A DNA stretch of 64,000 bases from Diplonema japonicum (Eukaryota; Protista; Euglenozoa: Diplonemea), in NCBI GenBank assembly GCA_964019335.1, contig OZ025672.1, positions 496,001-560,000 of the forward strand. The letters are read 5' to 3'. Positions 32,059 to 42,049 of this stretch are shown here, in pieces (within the stretch, counting starts at the first letter, position 1; each line of letters opens with the position of its first letter). The position numbers and the translations under genes are program-made. Below the pieces are notes generated by a model that was not told where the DNA came from, made no database searches, and saw only the letters and a program-made list of their open reading frames with translations.

Positions 32059-33762
32059 TTAAACACCTCGAAGGTCGTTGAGGATGACACCAGAACAGTT
32101 CCTCCCAGGGGCGCCCATGACCCCGCCACCAGGATGAGTTCCTGAGGCGCCCATGTATAAACCTTTGAGAGGGGTTCTGTGAGAAGAGTACCCCGGGACA
32201 GGGCGAGCATAGCCGAGTTGCTGCAAGGTGAGAGCGCCGTGGAAAATGTTCCCCTTCGGGAGGGCGAAGATGCGCTCGAGGTCCAACGGGGAGAGCGCAT
32301 CGTAGCCGATGATAGAGGCAGAGAAGTTGGGTGCGAACTCATCGACGATGGAGAAGACACGCTTCACGAACCTCTCCTTGAAGTCAGGGCAAGCCCACGT
32401 CCCGTACTGGGGGTCCACGTCGTACGGGGCGAACTGTACAAAGAGCTGCACAACATGTCCTTTCTCGCACAGTGTGGTGTCCACGGCACTGGGTATCGTC
32501 ATCTCCACTACAGGCCTCTCTGCAGGCTTGCCAGAAGCAGCATCTGTGTACGCAGCTTCAATCTCCGACATTCTTGTCTCGAAGTGCACGGTGCCCTTGT
32601 GCATGTCCCCAGGGATGTTAGCATCCCTCCCCGGGTTGGGGTAGCACTTAAATTCCGGCAGTTCCGACACAGCACAGTTGATCTTGAAAGCACCGCATGC
32701 CTGCTCTGTGTGTTGGATGTGGTGCACAAAGTCCTTTGGAACACCCGCCGCCTCATCCATCAGCTCGACGAACGTGTGGTACGGCGAGCAACCTGCGACG
32801 ACTGTCCCTGCCTCGATGAACGTCCCGTCTGTCATCCGCACGCCTGTGGCCCTGCCGTCGTCCGTCACGATGCAGTCCACTGTTGCGTCCGTCAGTATTT
32901 CCGCACCGTGGGATTTGGCAGAAGACGCGATTGAGTTAGAGATGCTACCCATGCCGCCCTCCACGTATGACCACACCCCCTTCTTCCCGGCAGCCTCACC
33001 CATGACATGGTGCAGAAGGACATAGGCAGACCCTGCCGAGGAGGGGGATACCATGGCCCCAATGACAGCGTCTGTCGCTAGCGTGGTTTTCAAGATATCG
33101 TTCTCGAACCACCTGTTGAGGAGATGCGACGCGGAGCCGGTGAACAGCTCGTAGAAGGGAACCAGCGTCTTGGAGTGCTTCAGCCCGACACGCATCATGG
33201 TCTTGGCTGTGAGGATGTTGTCGAACTTCTGTTTGAGCCCGCCTTCGAGGTCTGGCAAAGGCATGTCGAGGAGGGGTTGGATGAGCTCGCGTGCCTCGGA
33301 GAGGAAGTCCTCGTACGCTTCGAACCTGTCGGCATCGGAGGTGGAGAACTGTGCTATGGACGCATGGTTCATCTTGGGATCGTCGCCAAGGATGAGGTAG
33401 GGTTCCGTGGCGGTGCGGCTGGGGGTGAAGGACGAGGGGTCACGAGAGAGGTACTTCATTCCGTGTTTTTCCAGCTCAAGCTCCTTGATGATAGCAGGGC
33501 GGAGGAGACCAGCAAGGTACGAGGCACGAGAGAACTTGTAGCCAGGGATTATCTCTTCTGTCACAGCAGCACCGCCTACCTGTCCCCTCCTCTCAAGAAT
33601 CAATGTGTCAAGCCCTGCCTTCGCAAGGTACGCACCACAGACAAGCCCGTTGTGTCCCCCACCGATGATGACCACATCCCTCTTTAGTTTTTCAGGCGGT
33701 GAAAAGTTCCCCGGTGATGCCTCATACTTCCCGAGACACCTTCGCTGACACCTTCGCAACAT
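32059..33762 (-). CDS. PYROXD2: PYROXD2-like FAD-dependent oxidoreductase (phytoene desaturase family), likely mitochondrial
   Basis: MLRR presequence, DVVIIGGGHNGLVCGAYLAK, GGAAVTEEIIPGYKFSRASY, AYVLLHHVMGE, GNIFHGAL, GTHPGGGVMGAPGRN. Confidence 0.9.
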   Translation of the reverse strand: MLRRCQRRCLGKYEASPGNFSPPEKLKRDVVIIGGGHNGLVCGAYLAKAGLDTLILERRGQVGGAAVTEEIIPGYKFSRASYLAGLLRPAIIKELELEKHGMKYLSRDPSSFTPSRTATEPYLILGDDPKMNHASIAQFSTSDADRFEAYEDFLSEARELIQPLLDMPLPDLEGGLKQKFDNILTAKTMMRVGLKHSKTLVPFYELFTGSASHLLNRWFENDILKTTLATDAVIGAMVSPSSAGSAYVLLHHVMGEAAGKKGVWSYVEGGMGSISNSIASSAKSHGAEILTDATVDCIVTDDGRATGVRMTDGTFIEAGTVVAGCSPYHTFVELMDEAAGVPKDFVHHIQHTEQACGAFKINCAVSELPEFKCYPNPGRDANIPGDMHKGTVHFETRMSEIEAAYTDAASGKPAERPVVEMTIPSAVDTTLCEKGHVVQLFVQFAPYDVDPQYGTWACPDFKERFVKRVFSIVDEFAPNFSASIIGYDALSPLDLERIFALPKGNIFHGALTLQQLGYARPVPGYSSHRTPLKGLYMGASGTHPGGGVMGAPGRNCSGVILNDLRGV

Positions 33763-33946
33763 CCTGCTGATAGAAATAGGCAACAACACAAAGTAAAAAA
33801 AGAAGAAAAAAAAAGAATAAATAAGGGGGGGGAAGGGAGAATGGGGCGTCAAGGACGGGTGGGGAAGGGGGGGGGGGAACAAACAAGACAGAAGAAACCA
33901 AAGTACCAAAAAAAAAAAAGGAAAGGTGGTGAGAATAGAGGGGGTC

Positions 33947-33984
<38 letters not shown>

Positions 33985-35441
33985 AAGGGGAAAGAAGGTG
34001 GGGAGAAAAAAAAAGAAGAACGGCCCGTAACCAGCAAATGCACAATATAACTTTTTTGCCCCCTCGCCCCTCATAAGACATTGGGGAATATGACATGTGA
34101 ACTAAACTGGCCACCCGGCTCATTGAACCCGAACGATGTAAAGAGAGAGAGGTGGTGCAAACTGGAAACAGCAATGTTTTTTTCTTTCTTTTTTCCACGG
34201 TCTTTTTTTTTTTTTTTTTTTAAAGATCCCCACCCCCCCCCCCCCCTTTACCATGTCCACTTCTTCCTCTAGGAAAGGAGAACAAAAAAATTTAAAAAAT
34301 GATCAATAGGCGGGGGGGGGGGGATAAGAAAGGGGGAAAACCATATTGCAGCCCAGCTTTATTCTTTCTTTGGCATGGGTGACTTTGCCTTTATTGTTGT
34401 TGTTTTTTTTTTTTTTTTCCTTTTTTTTTGGTTGGAGTAGAGAAGCTATTTAAAAAAAAAAATAAATAATAATAATAATAATAATAAAAGAAGAGAATGG
34501 AAAGAACTGCTTCGTACCAGCAACTCATTGTTCGTATTCTTCAGCCTAGCAAACGTAAAACAACAAAACAATGTGTGTGAGAAGGGAGGAAGGAGGGGGG
34601 AGGGTCTCATGACAAATTTGAGAGCCTCCCGAGTGGTGACCAGCTTATCCAACCCGAGTAAGCTAAAGGCTCAGCTATGTGAGCGATGACTCCAGAAAAT
34701 TCAAAAAAAAAGGGGGGGGAAAGTTGGAGTTTCGGAAAATATCACATGCCCTTTGACCCTTCCATCAACACGGGAAGGGACAAGGAAAAAGGGGTGGGGG
34801 TAATTCGCAGGATATACGAAAAATTATTTTTATTATTATTATTATTTTTATTTTTGTATGTGTCACCGGATTTGGGGATTATTATGTTCCGTGAAAAGTC
34901 AAGATTGGGGGCTTTTTTTTTTTTTTTTTTAATTTTATATATAAACCTTTCCGTTTCATATTAAGTCCCAACAAACAGTATCCTTTATTATTTTATTTTA
35001 TATATAAAAAAAAAAGAAAAAAAAGAAAACTAGCAAAAGGTAAAATCATGCAAACAGAGACAGCGCGAAGCGGTAGTTCTTCTTCTTTTTTTTTTTTTCC
35101 AAGTTAGGCAAATACACCCTAGTCAAGAGTACCATCCTTGTCCATGCGCTACGTTGCACAAAGCTGCACTGACGAGTCTGGCCACAGCTTGCAGAGTGAA
35201 GGCACACGAGAGTGCTATGGGATCGACATAGAGTCTGGCCTGTTTTTCTTTGATATTTTTTCTTATTGACTAACCGGCTTACGACTGGTGATGCCTGCGG
35301 GCTCTTGACAGGAAGCGGCAACGAGTTAGTTGACTTTGCACAGATTTTTCAGCATTTTTTAAATATTTTTTTGGGGGGGTTTTTTTTAGGACAAGCCAGA
35401 CCAGAAACCAAAAAAAAGGGGGGGGGGAAATCATAATTATT

Positions 35442-35544
35442 TATTAATGAAAATAAAAGATGACATTATTTTCACGCGTGGTGATACAAGTGAAATCTTT
35501 ATTTTCATTGCCACCCTTGAAAACCCGGCTCGAATTAAATAAAA
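35442..35544. mobile_element. ~100-bp inverted deletion derivative of the 38455-39093 element
   Basis: The left part matches the reverse complement of 39055-39093. The right part matches the reverse complement of 38455-38518 (CCCTTGAAAACCCGGCTCGAATTAAATAAAA). Confidence 0.7.
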
Positions 35545-35618
35545 CAAGGGGGGGAAAAAAAACATTTAAGTTGGCGGGTGCCCACAATGGGACTCTTCCT
35601 TCCGTCAGCACAGCGAGA

Positions 35619-35649
<31 letters not shown>

Positions 35650-36016
35650 GAAGCGGGAAAAGAATCCTGAGTATTAAAAGAACTTTAATACGTCCTGCTT
35701 TTTTTTTTTTTTTTTTTTCCCCTCTCCTAATTATAATGTCTCTAAAAGAAAGACCGTAAAAATAGTTCTCAGTTCGAAAAAAAAAAAAACGAAAACCTAA
35801 CTGACTTTTCTTTTTTCTTACCTAAAGGAAAAAAAGAAGGCAATTCTGGTCAATGTTTGCAATCGAATCCTGCTTGTTTTTTTTTATTTTTTTCTTTTTT
35901 TTTTTAATTCTTCTTCCTTAACAAACTACTGTTTTTAACAACGCCCAAGCAAAATAAAACCCTTCTGGTAGGAAATCGCCTGGAAAATCACTTTGCAGTA
36001 CTTTTTTTTTATTTCT

Positions 36017-36047
<31 letters not shown>

Positions 36048-36420
36048 CACAGACATAAATATTATGCACCCAATAACAAATCGATATTGTAATGGGGAGA
36101 GTTGTGAAATGGAAAAAAAAGGGGGGGGTGAGACCTGAGGCGTTTCTTAAAATGTTGGTGCTGGTGCCTTAGTAAAGGTGCACGAAAAATACTTACAGAA
36201 AAAAAAGAGAAAAAAAAGAAGAGAAAAAGAAGCAGCATGGACGAAGGCTGGAAAAAAAAAAAAAACAGAGAAAAAAACACAAAGGCTAACTGCAAGAAGC
36301 CCTCCTCTTTTGCAACCCACCATTTCCCGTCTTTTATTCTTCTTTTTTTTTTGAACACTCCAGGAATTCTGAGAAGTAATCAGGGGAAGGGAAAACAAAA
36401 AGCGGAATTTTTTACTACCT

Positions 36421-36491
36421 GCGACTGTGGTCTAGTGGCATGATGGATCCCTCCCAAGGATTCGACCCGGGTTCGATTCCCGGCAGTCGCA
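36421..36491 (+). tRNA. tRNA-Gly (CCC)
   Basis: GCGACTG/CAGTCGC acceptor, anticodon loop CT-CCC-AA, GGTTCGATTCC T loop, T8 terminator. Confidence 0.96.
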
Positions 36492-36688
36492 TTTTTTTTC
36501 TTCAATCTTTTCTTAAATCTTTTTATTTTTTTTGCCTCGTTTCCCTTTTCTGAGACGGGAAGGACCGCACAGGGAACAAAGGTCAAGAGAAACGAAAACA
36601 TCATGTGAGAACCACCCTATAAGCCTAGTGAAAGGGGGCAGTTGGAAATATAAAAAAAAGGGGGGTGAATCGAAGTTGCAGGAAGAAG

Positions 36689-36724
<36 letters not shown>

Positions 36725-36813
36725 AATGAAAGAAACAGTACGCTCGGGGCCTTACTCGGGATCAGAATGACAGGACTTCACTGTGTCACTCCTTTGATAA
36801 ATTTATTATAGTT

Positions 36814-36873
<60 letters not shown>

Positions 36874-37916
36874 TTAAGACTGGCCTTCCGGGTGACGCTT
36901 GGGCAAGTGGTAGTAAAGAATACTGTTTTTACAGTATCTTAACAGTGGAAAGGTGTGTTCAACAAAAAAAAAAAAGGGAAAAAAAAAAAAAAAAAAAAAA
37001 TATCAGATAATCCAACAAAAAATGATATACTTTTTCCGTCTGAGTTTTAATGAAGAACTTTTTTTCCCCTTTAAATGGCAGGTACGGGCACAACAGCGAC
37101 CATGTGAATGGAAAACTGGCACTGGAAAAGATATCAAAGTTACAACAGTCTCAATGGGCACTTCGAAAAGACTTTTAACTACTTTTTTTCTCTTTTTTTT
37201 TCCCTCTGGAAATGTGAAGAAAAAACTTTATGTTATGTTCAAACGCAGATCGGAAAAGTTTATTGAAAGAAAAAAAACCCCCTGTTAGCCTTTTTTTCTA
37301 CCTATAGGGTCCTGTATGGTGTAAAAAAAAATGTTGCCATCGACAAAAAAAAAAAAAAAAAAAAAAAAAAGAGCGAAGTGCTCACTTATGTCTGAGTAAT
37401 GAACCCGGAATAAGTGGTTTAAACCCAATCCTGTTCTCCCCCATATTTTTTTAAAAAGAAACCACCTATGGTGACACAATTTTTTTTTTATTATTTTTTT
37501 TTTTTTAACCTTCACCATAACGACGCCAAGACCCGTTGCTCCCCTTATTCATAACCCAGCAGCATTCACCTGTCGCAAAAAGTAATTACCTTTTTTCTAT
37601 TGGTGTCTTCTCTTTCTAACTGCTCCAACTTGCAGATTTGGACCTCCCCCCCCCCCCCCCCCCCCGTGGGTATCCCGCTTGTACCCTTTGAGGATTTAAA
37701 TGTATCAGAAAAAGAAAAGAGGAGAAAAAAAAATCATCTACTCCAATTTGGGACCACTGATGTGTTATGGTTAAAAGGAAAAAGAACGGGAACAAGAAAA
37801 AAAAAAGAGTTCTCGAGTTCTCAACTGTGCCCACCACCACGTGGTTTAAGTTGTGCCATAAAGGAAAAAAGAGAGAGAAAAAAAAAAAGAATAAAACAAA
37901 AACAACAACAGCAAAG

Positions 37917-37960
<44 letters not shown>

Positions 37961-37989
37961 AAATGGTTTTTCGCGCGTTTAGTCACCTG

Positions 37990-38050
37990 GAACAAAAAAA
38001 AAATTCACTATGATAGGAACGAAGTGGTTAGCAACGGCCCGCCAAAAAAA
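37990..38050 (+). repeat. ~60-bp dispersed direct repeat (near-identical copy 39510-39569, diverged copy ~38101-38145)
   Basis: AAATTCACTATGATAGGAACGAAGTGGTTAGCAACGGCCCGCCAAAA occurs twice. Confidence 0.85.
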
Positions 38051-38454
38051 AAAAAAAAAAAAAAAAAGCTTCTCACCATGTCTTAGGGGAAAAAAATAAA
38101 ACAAATTCACTATGATTGGGGAAAGGAGGTGTTAGCAACGTCCCGGCGTGGCCCACCTCATGCTCCCGTTCAAGGGGGAAAAAAAAAGATTGGTGGCTCC
38201 CTTGTGTAGTGTGTGTCTTTTCTCACCCCCCCCCCCCCCCCCTTCTTCTGACCACGAATAACCTCCTTTCCCCCCTCAGGAGGTGTTGGGGGGCAACAAA
38301 AGGGTCTTTAGAAAAAGGCTTTTGAGTTGACAGGCTCCAACCTGAACGAGCCCATCTCGAAAGGAGCCGATGTCAAAAAAAAAATGATAGTGGGCATGAA
38401 AAGAAGAAGAAAGGGGAGAAAAGGAAGGGGAGGGGGAAGAAGAAAAAAAAATTA

Positions 38455-39093
38455 TTTTATTTAATTCGAGCCGGGTTTTCAAGGGCGGCAGTGAAAATAA
38501 TATTTCACTTTATATCACGCTCAACATTATATTCACTCCCAGCTTATAGAGAAATAAGGCCCAGGAGTGACATAATGTAAGGAGTGATATAATGTTACAT
38601 TATGTCACTCCTGCACCTATTTTAAGCCAAATTCCCTAGAAACACAGAAAACTATGGGAAGAAAGCCTAAGGCGATGGGGAGGATTACACGTCTCAGGAA
38701 TCAAGATTCTGCAGTGGGCCCCCGCATCCACCATACATGCAACCTCAGATGGTTCCAGCAGTAGCGATGCACAGGATAAGCCTCGACATCAACATTAATG
38801 TTAAGACTGACGAGAATTGGTAACTTGAAATCCCCTTGTAACTTGTAATACCCAACCTTTTTTGCTGCCTCTCAGTTTTGATTTCTTCTTGTAACCTGTG
38901 CCCTGCACTTTCAAACCTGGCTCTTATTAAATAAAACAACATATTAAATGAAAATAAGTGCATTATTTCACTTGTGGTGGCAGGTTTAACTCGAAATTAT
39001 TACTACACTCGCTTCGCTCGTGAAGTAAGATCTTCTCTTGTTAAACCCCCTGCCACCACGCGTGAAATAATGCAATCTTATTTTCATTTAATA
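38455..39093. mobile_element. Non-autonomous palindromic element, Crypton-like
   Basis: A perfect 19-bp inverted repeat at 38562-38613 and a ~150-bp imperfect hairpin at 38942-39093 centred on CACTCGCTTCGCTCGTG (39006-39022). The termini are defined by the short copy at 35442-35544. The Crypton label rests on recalled motif similarity only. Confidence 0.5.
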
Positions 39094-39190
39094 AATAGTT
39101 AATAATGTATTTTTAAAAAATTCTTATTTTTAACAGTTTAATTAATTACTTGCTTCTGGGCTGTAATGGAGGGGGGGGGATAACGGGTGC

Positions 39191-39285
39191 TTAATCCTTG
39201 ACTGTCAAACGACTCCTTTAAAAAAAATTTTTTTTTCAAAGAGTTAGTTGTTGCTCCTTTACCTATCGTTTGATCACAAGGTTAA
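39191..39285. mobile_element. Possible tiny TTAA-flanked MITE (piggyBac-like)
   Basis: TTAA-TCCTTGACTGTCAAACGA ... TCGTTTGATCACAAGG-TTAA imperfect inverted repeats. Confidence 0.3.
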
Positions 39286-39569
39286 GTAGCCAGCCTCACC
39301 TCTTGGTAGCGTGGCTGGGTGGGCGGGAGGGGGGAGGGAAACCGGACTTCGCGTAGTGCACCCAAATAATATTAATTTGCTCTCAACACTCCCATTTTTA
39401 TTTATTTTCATAAAAAAAAAAAAAAAAAAAAAGAAAAAAAAAGTTTTTTTTTTCGACTTTTGGGAAGTGTCAACGAATGAGAATGAGTGCAGGAAAAAAA
39501 AAAAAGGGAGAACAAAAAAAAATTCACTATGATAGGAACGAAGTGGTTAGCAACGGCCCGCCAAAAAAA

Positions 39570-40466
39570 GAGAAAGACTACAAACACGACAAGCGAATTT
39601 GGATTTTCCACCAAAGTCTGTAACCTGTTTTTTGCCCTTTGTCCACGGTAACTCGAATATATTTCTCTATTGTTCACGGAAACTTGCAATTTCAAATCCA
39701 CCAAACACGTTTTCAAAATATTTTGTCCACCATCCACGGTAACCACTTTTGAAATCCACCAACCACGGCAACTTGGCGGCATATTTCCACCATCCACGGC
39801 AACCTCGAAAATTAATTTCCACCATGCGCCCAGGGGGTTGAGTGTACTGCAGGGTTGGATGTGTTGAAACACTCTGCGTCCACATTTGTGCTGTGGCCCG
39901 CGGGGCACAAGAACCACTTGGATCTCCTTCCCAAGTGTTTGCGGGTCGCCGCTTGGCGTTTGATGTATTTCGCCACCCCCCGTTGTAACTAAATCAAGAA
40001 CGGGGAGGCCCTCGTTGGGGATAAGAGGAAACTGAGCGAAGGAGAGGGGACTTGCACCTGCTGCAAGAAAGTGGGGCACAATGCCCGTTCTTGCAAGAAC
40101 CCCCACCGCTCGACTGCTGCGTCACAGCCGCAGACCCCTAGAAGTGCTCTTCTGAGCTGAAGCAGACCTAGCTAACGTAGCGTCATAGTGTAGAGTCATT
40201 CCCCCTTTTTTTCCTTTTGCCTAATCATTTATTCCTATTGTTGCGGTGTGCTCTATATTTCGCCAAATAGTCAAAAAAACGAAAATGCGAAAGGTTCCGT
40301 GTTTGGTGGAAATTCGAAATTAGGTTTCCTAAAGGAAAATTTTGATGGTTTACAGGGAACGGTGGAAAATTGAAATTGGGTTTCCGTGTTTGGTGGAAAA
40401 TGAAATTCGGGTTGGCTTGAACGGTGGAAAATTTTCATTTGGTTGTCGTTGTTCGTAGTTATTCTC
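39570..40466 (+). mobile_element. Degenerate Mutator (MULE) DNA transposon with transposase C-terminal remnant
   Basis: Imperfect TIRs beginning GAGAA.. with subterminal TTCCACC(A)TCCACGG / CCGTGTTTGGTGGAA repeats. An internal frameshifted remnant (~39835-40110) contains SWIM-like LCVHICAVA, PPPVVTKSRTGRP and the zinc knuckle CTCCKKVGHNARSC. Confidence 0.75.
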
Positions 40467-40484
40467 AAAAAAAAATTAACTATG

Positions 40485-40516
40485 TTAAGGGCCTGCCATC
40501 ACTTTGCTGGCAAAAC

Positions 40517-40548
<32 letters not shown>

Positions 40549-41242
40549 CAAACTGAGGTATTCGGCCTTTTAGGTAGGCCCATTACTTGATCTGCCCCCT
40601 TGCCTTCCTCTATCCTTTGTACTGGTAATTGACTCACTGAAGGGGAGTTGGTTCTGCTACCCCTTTTTTTTAAAAAAAAAAAAGTTAAAATTTGGAGCCC
40701 TAATCTCTTTATTATTTTTTTTGTTTGTTTTGTTTTTTTTTGTTTTTTTTTGATCCTCTCGCAAAATAGGGGAGGGTGGGAAGAAAGAAAAGAAAACAAA
40801 TGACAGATAGAGGGGAGGGGAGGGGAGGGTGACCATGGTTTGGAGAGAACCTTGCTGCAGCAAACGAATTCCAGTTCTTTGAAGTGCGCCGGGACACACG
40901 TACCAGTGCTTGAAAGCCAACTAACTGCGCTGCGAAGAACAACTTTTTTCTCCTTCTTTTCCCCCCCCCTCCAATAACAGATATTTCCAAATTTCAAAAA
41001 ACTGCCTTGTTAAAAAGACCGGCACTTTTATTTTTAGCCTGAAAATAAATTTTTCGAAAAATCGCAACGGCACTCGTGGCTGAGAGGCTTCCAGGGTAAA
41101 CACCTACTCTCAATTATTATTATTATTTTTTTATTTTCACTCTTCATAGTGAAATAATGGCCTATAATTTAACGCGAAACGCTGAACCGCGTGAGGAAAG
41201 CAGCAGTGAAAGCAGTGAGAAATAAAACGATGGCAGGCTTAA
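40485..41242. mobile_element. Possible TTAA-flanked non-autonomous DNA element (Kolobok/piggyBac-like)
   Basis: TTAAGG-GCCTGCCATC ... GATGGCAGGC-TTAA: a 10-bp inverted repeat with TTAA at both ends. No coding remnant seen. Confidence 0.3.
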
Positions 41243-42049
41243 AAATAAAAAAGGGGGTGTGGGTAACAGGAAAATTTCGTTTTTGAACCGGGGGGGGAGA
41301 CTTGGTACTTTAAAAAAATAAATTAATTAAAGTGTACTTTAACTAAACAGGGGCTGATAATTGCAACTATCCCCCTATAATACCCCCCCCCCCACCCTTT
41401 TTCTTCCTTTTTGTTCTCTTCTTGGGGGGGGGGGGGTTGTTAACAAATATGGTTTGCTTGAGAAACATATGGGGGAAAAAAAATAATCAGCTCTAGAGTC
41501 TTAGTCAAGAGGGCAGGAGAAGGGTAAAATAAAGTAAGAGAGTATAATAAAGTAAAGAATCAAAGGGAAAAAAAAAAAAAAAAGCAACGGCACGAATAGG
41601 CATATTAAGAGGGTACGTAACTGTAGTTTTTGTGTTTTTTTTTTTTTTTGTTTTGTTTGTTCTTTTTTTTTTTTGTGTTTTTTTTTTTTCCTTCCCCCAG
41701 TATTCGAAACATCGTCAAAGTCCAGACAAAAAAAAAAAAGAGGTTTTTTTTTTTCTTCCCCGGATGAGGGGAATTCTTGAAGAAATCATACAGATTTTTT
41801 GTTTCTTCACTACCTTGACAAACCTAAAACGAACACGGAGTTTCTTTCAATATATTATTATTATATTTCCTCCCTTCTTCTTCTTCTTCTTCTTCTTCTT
41901 TCATTTTCTTCTTCTATTTGGATTTCTTCTTCTTTTTTTCTTTGTAACCCTCTAAAATCTTTCAAAAAAAAAATTCAAAGAAAAATAAATAAACGTATCG
42001 ATTTGTGATATTCTCCATGTTCTCTCTTTTTTTCTTTCTTTCTTCCCCC

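Noticed and set aside
35169-35205. Hammerhead core CTGACGAG
   Set aside because: No matching GAAA after a convincing stem II, and no stems I/III.
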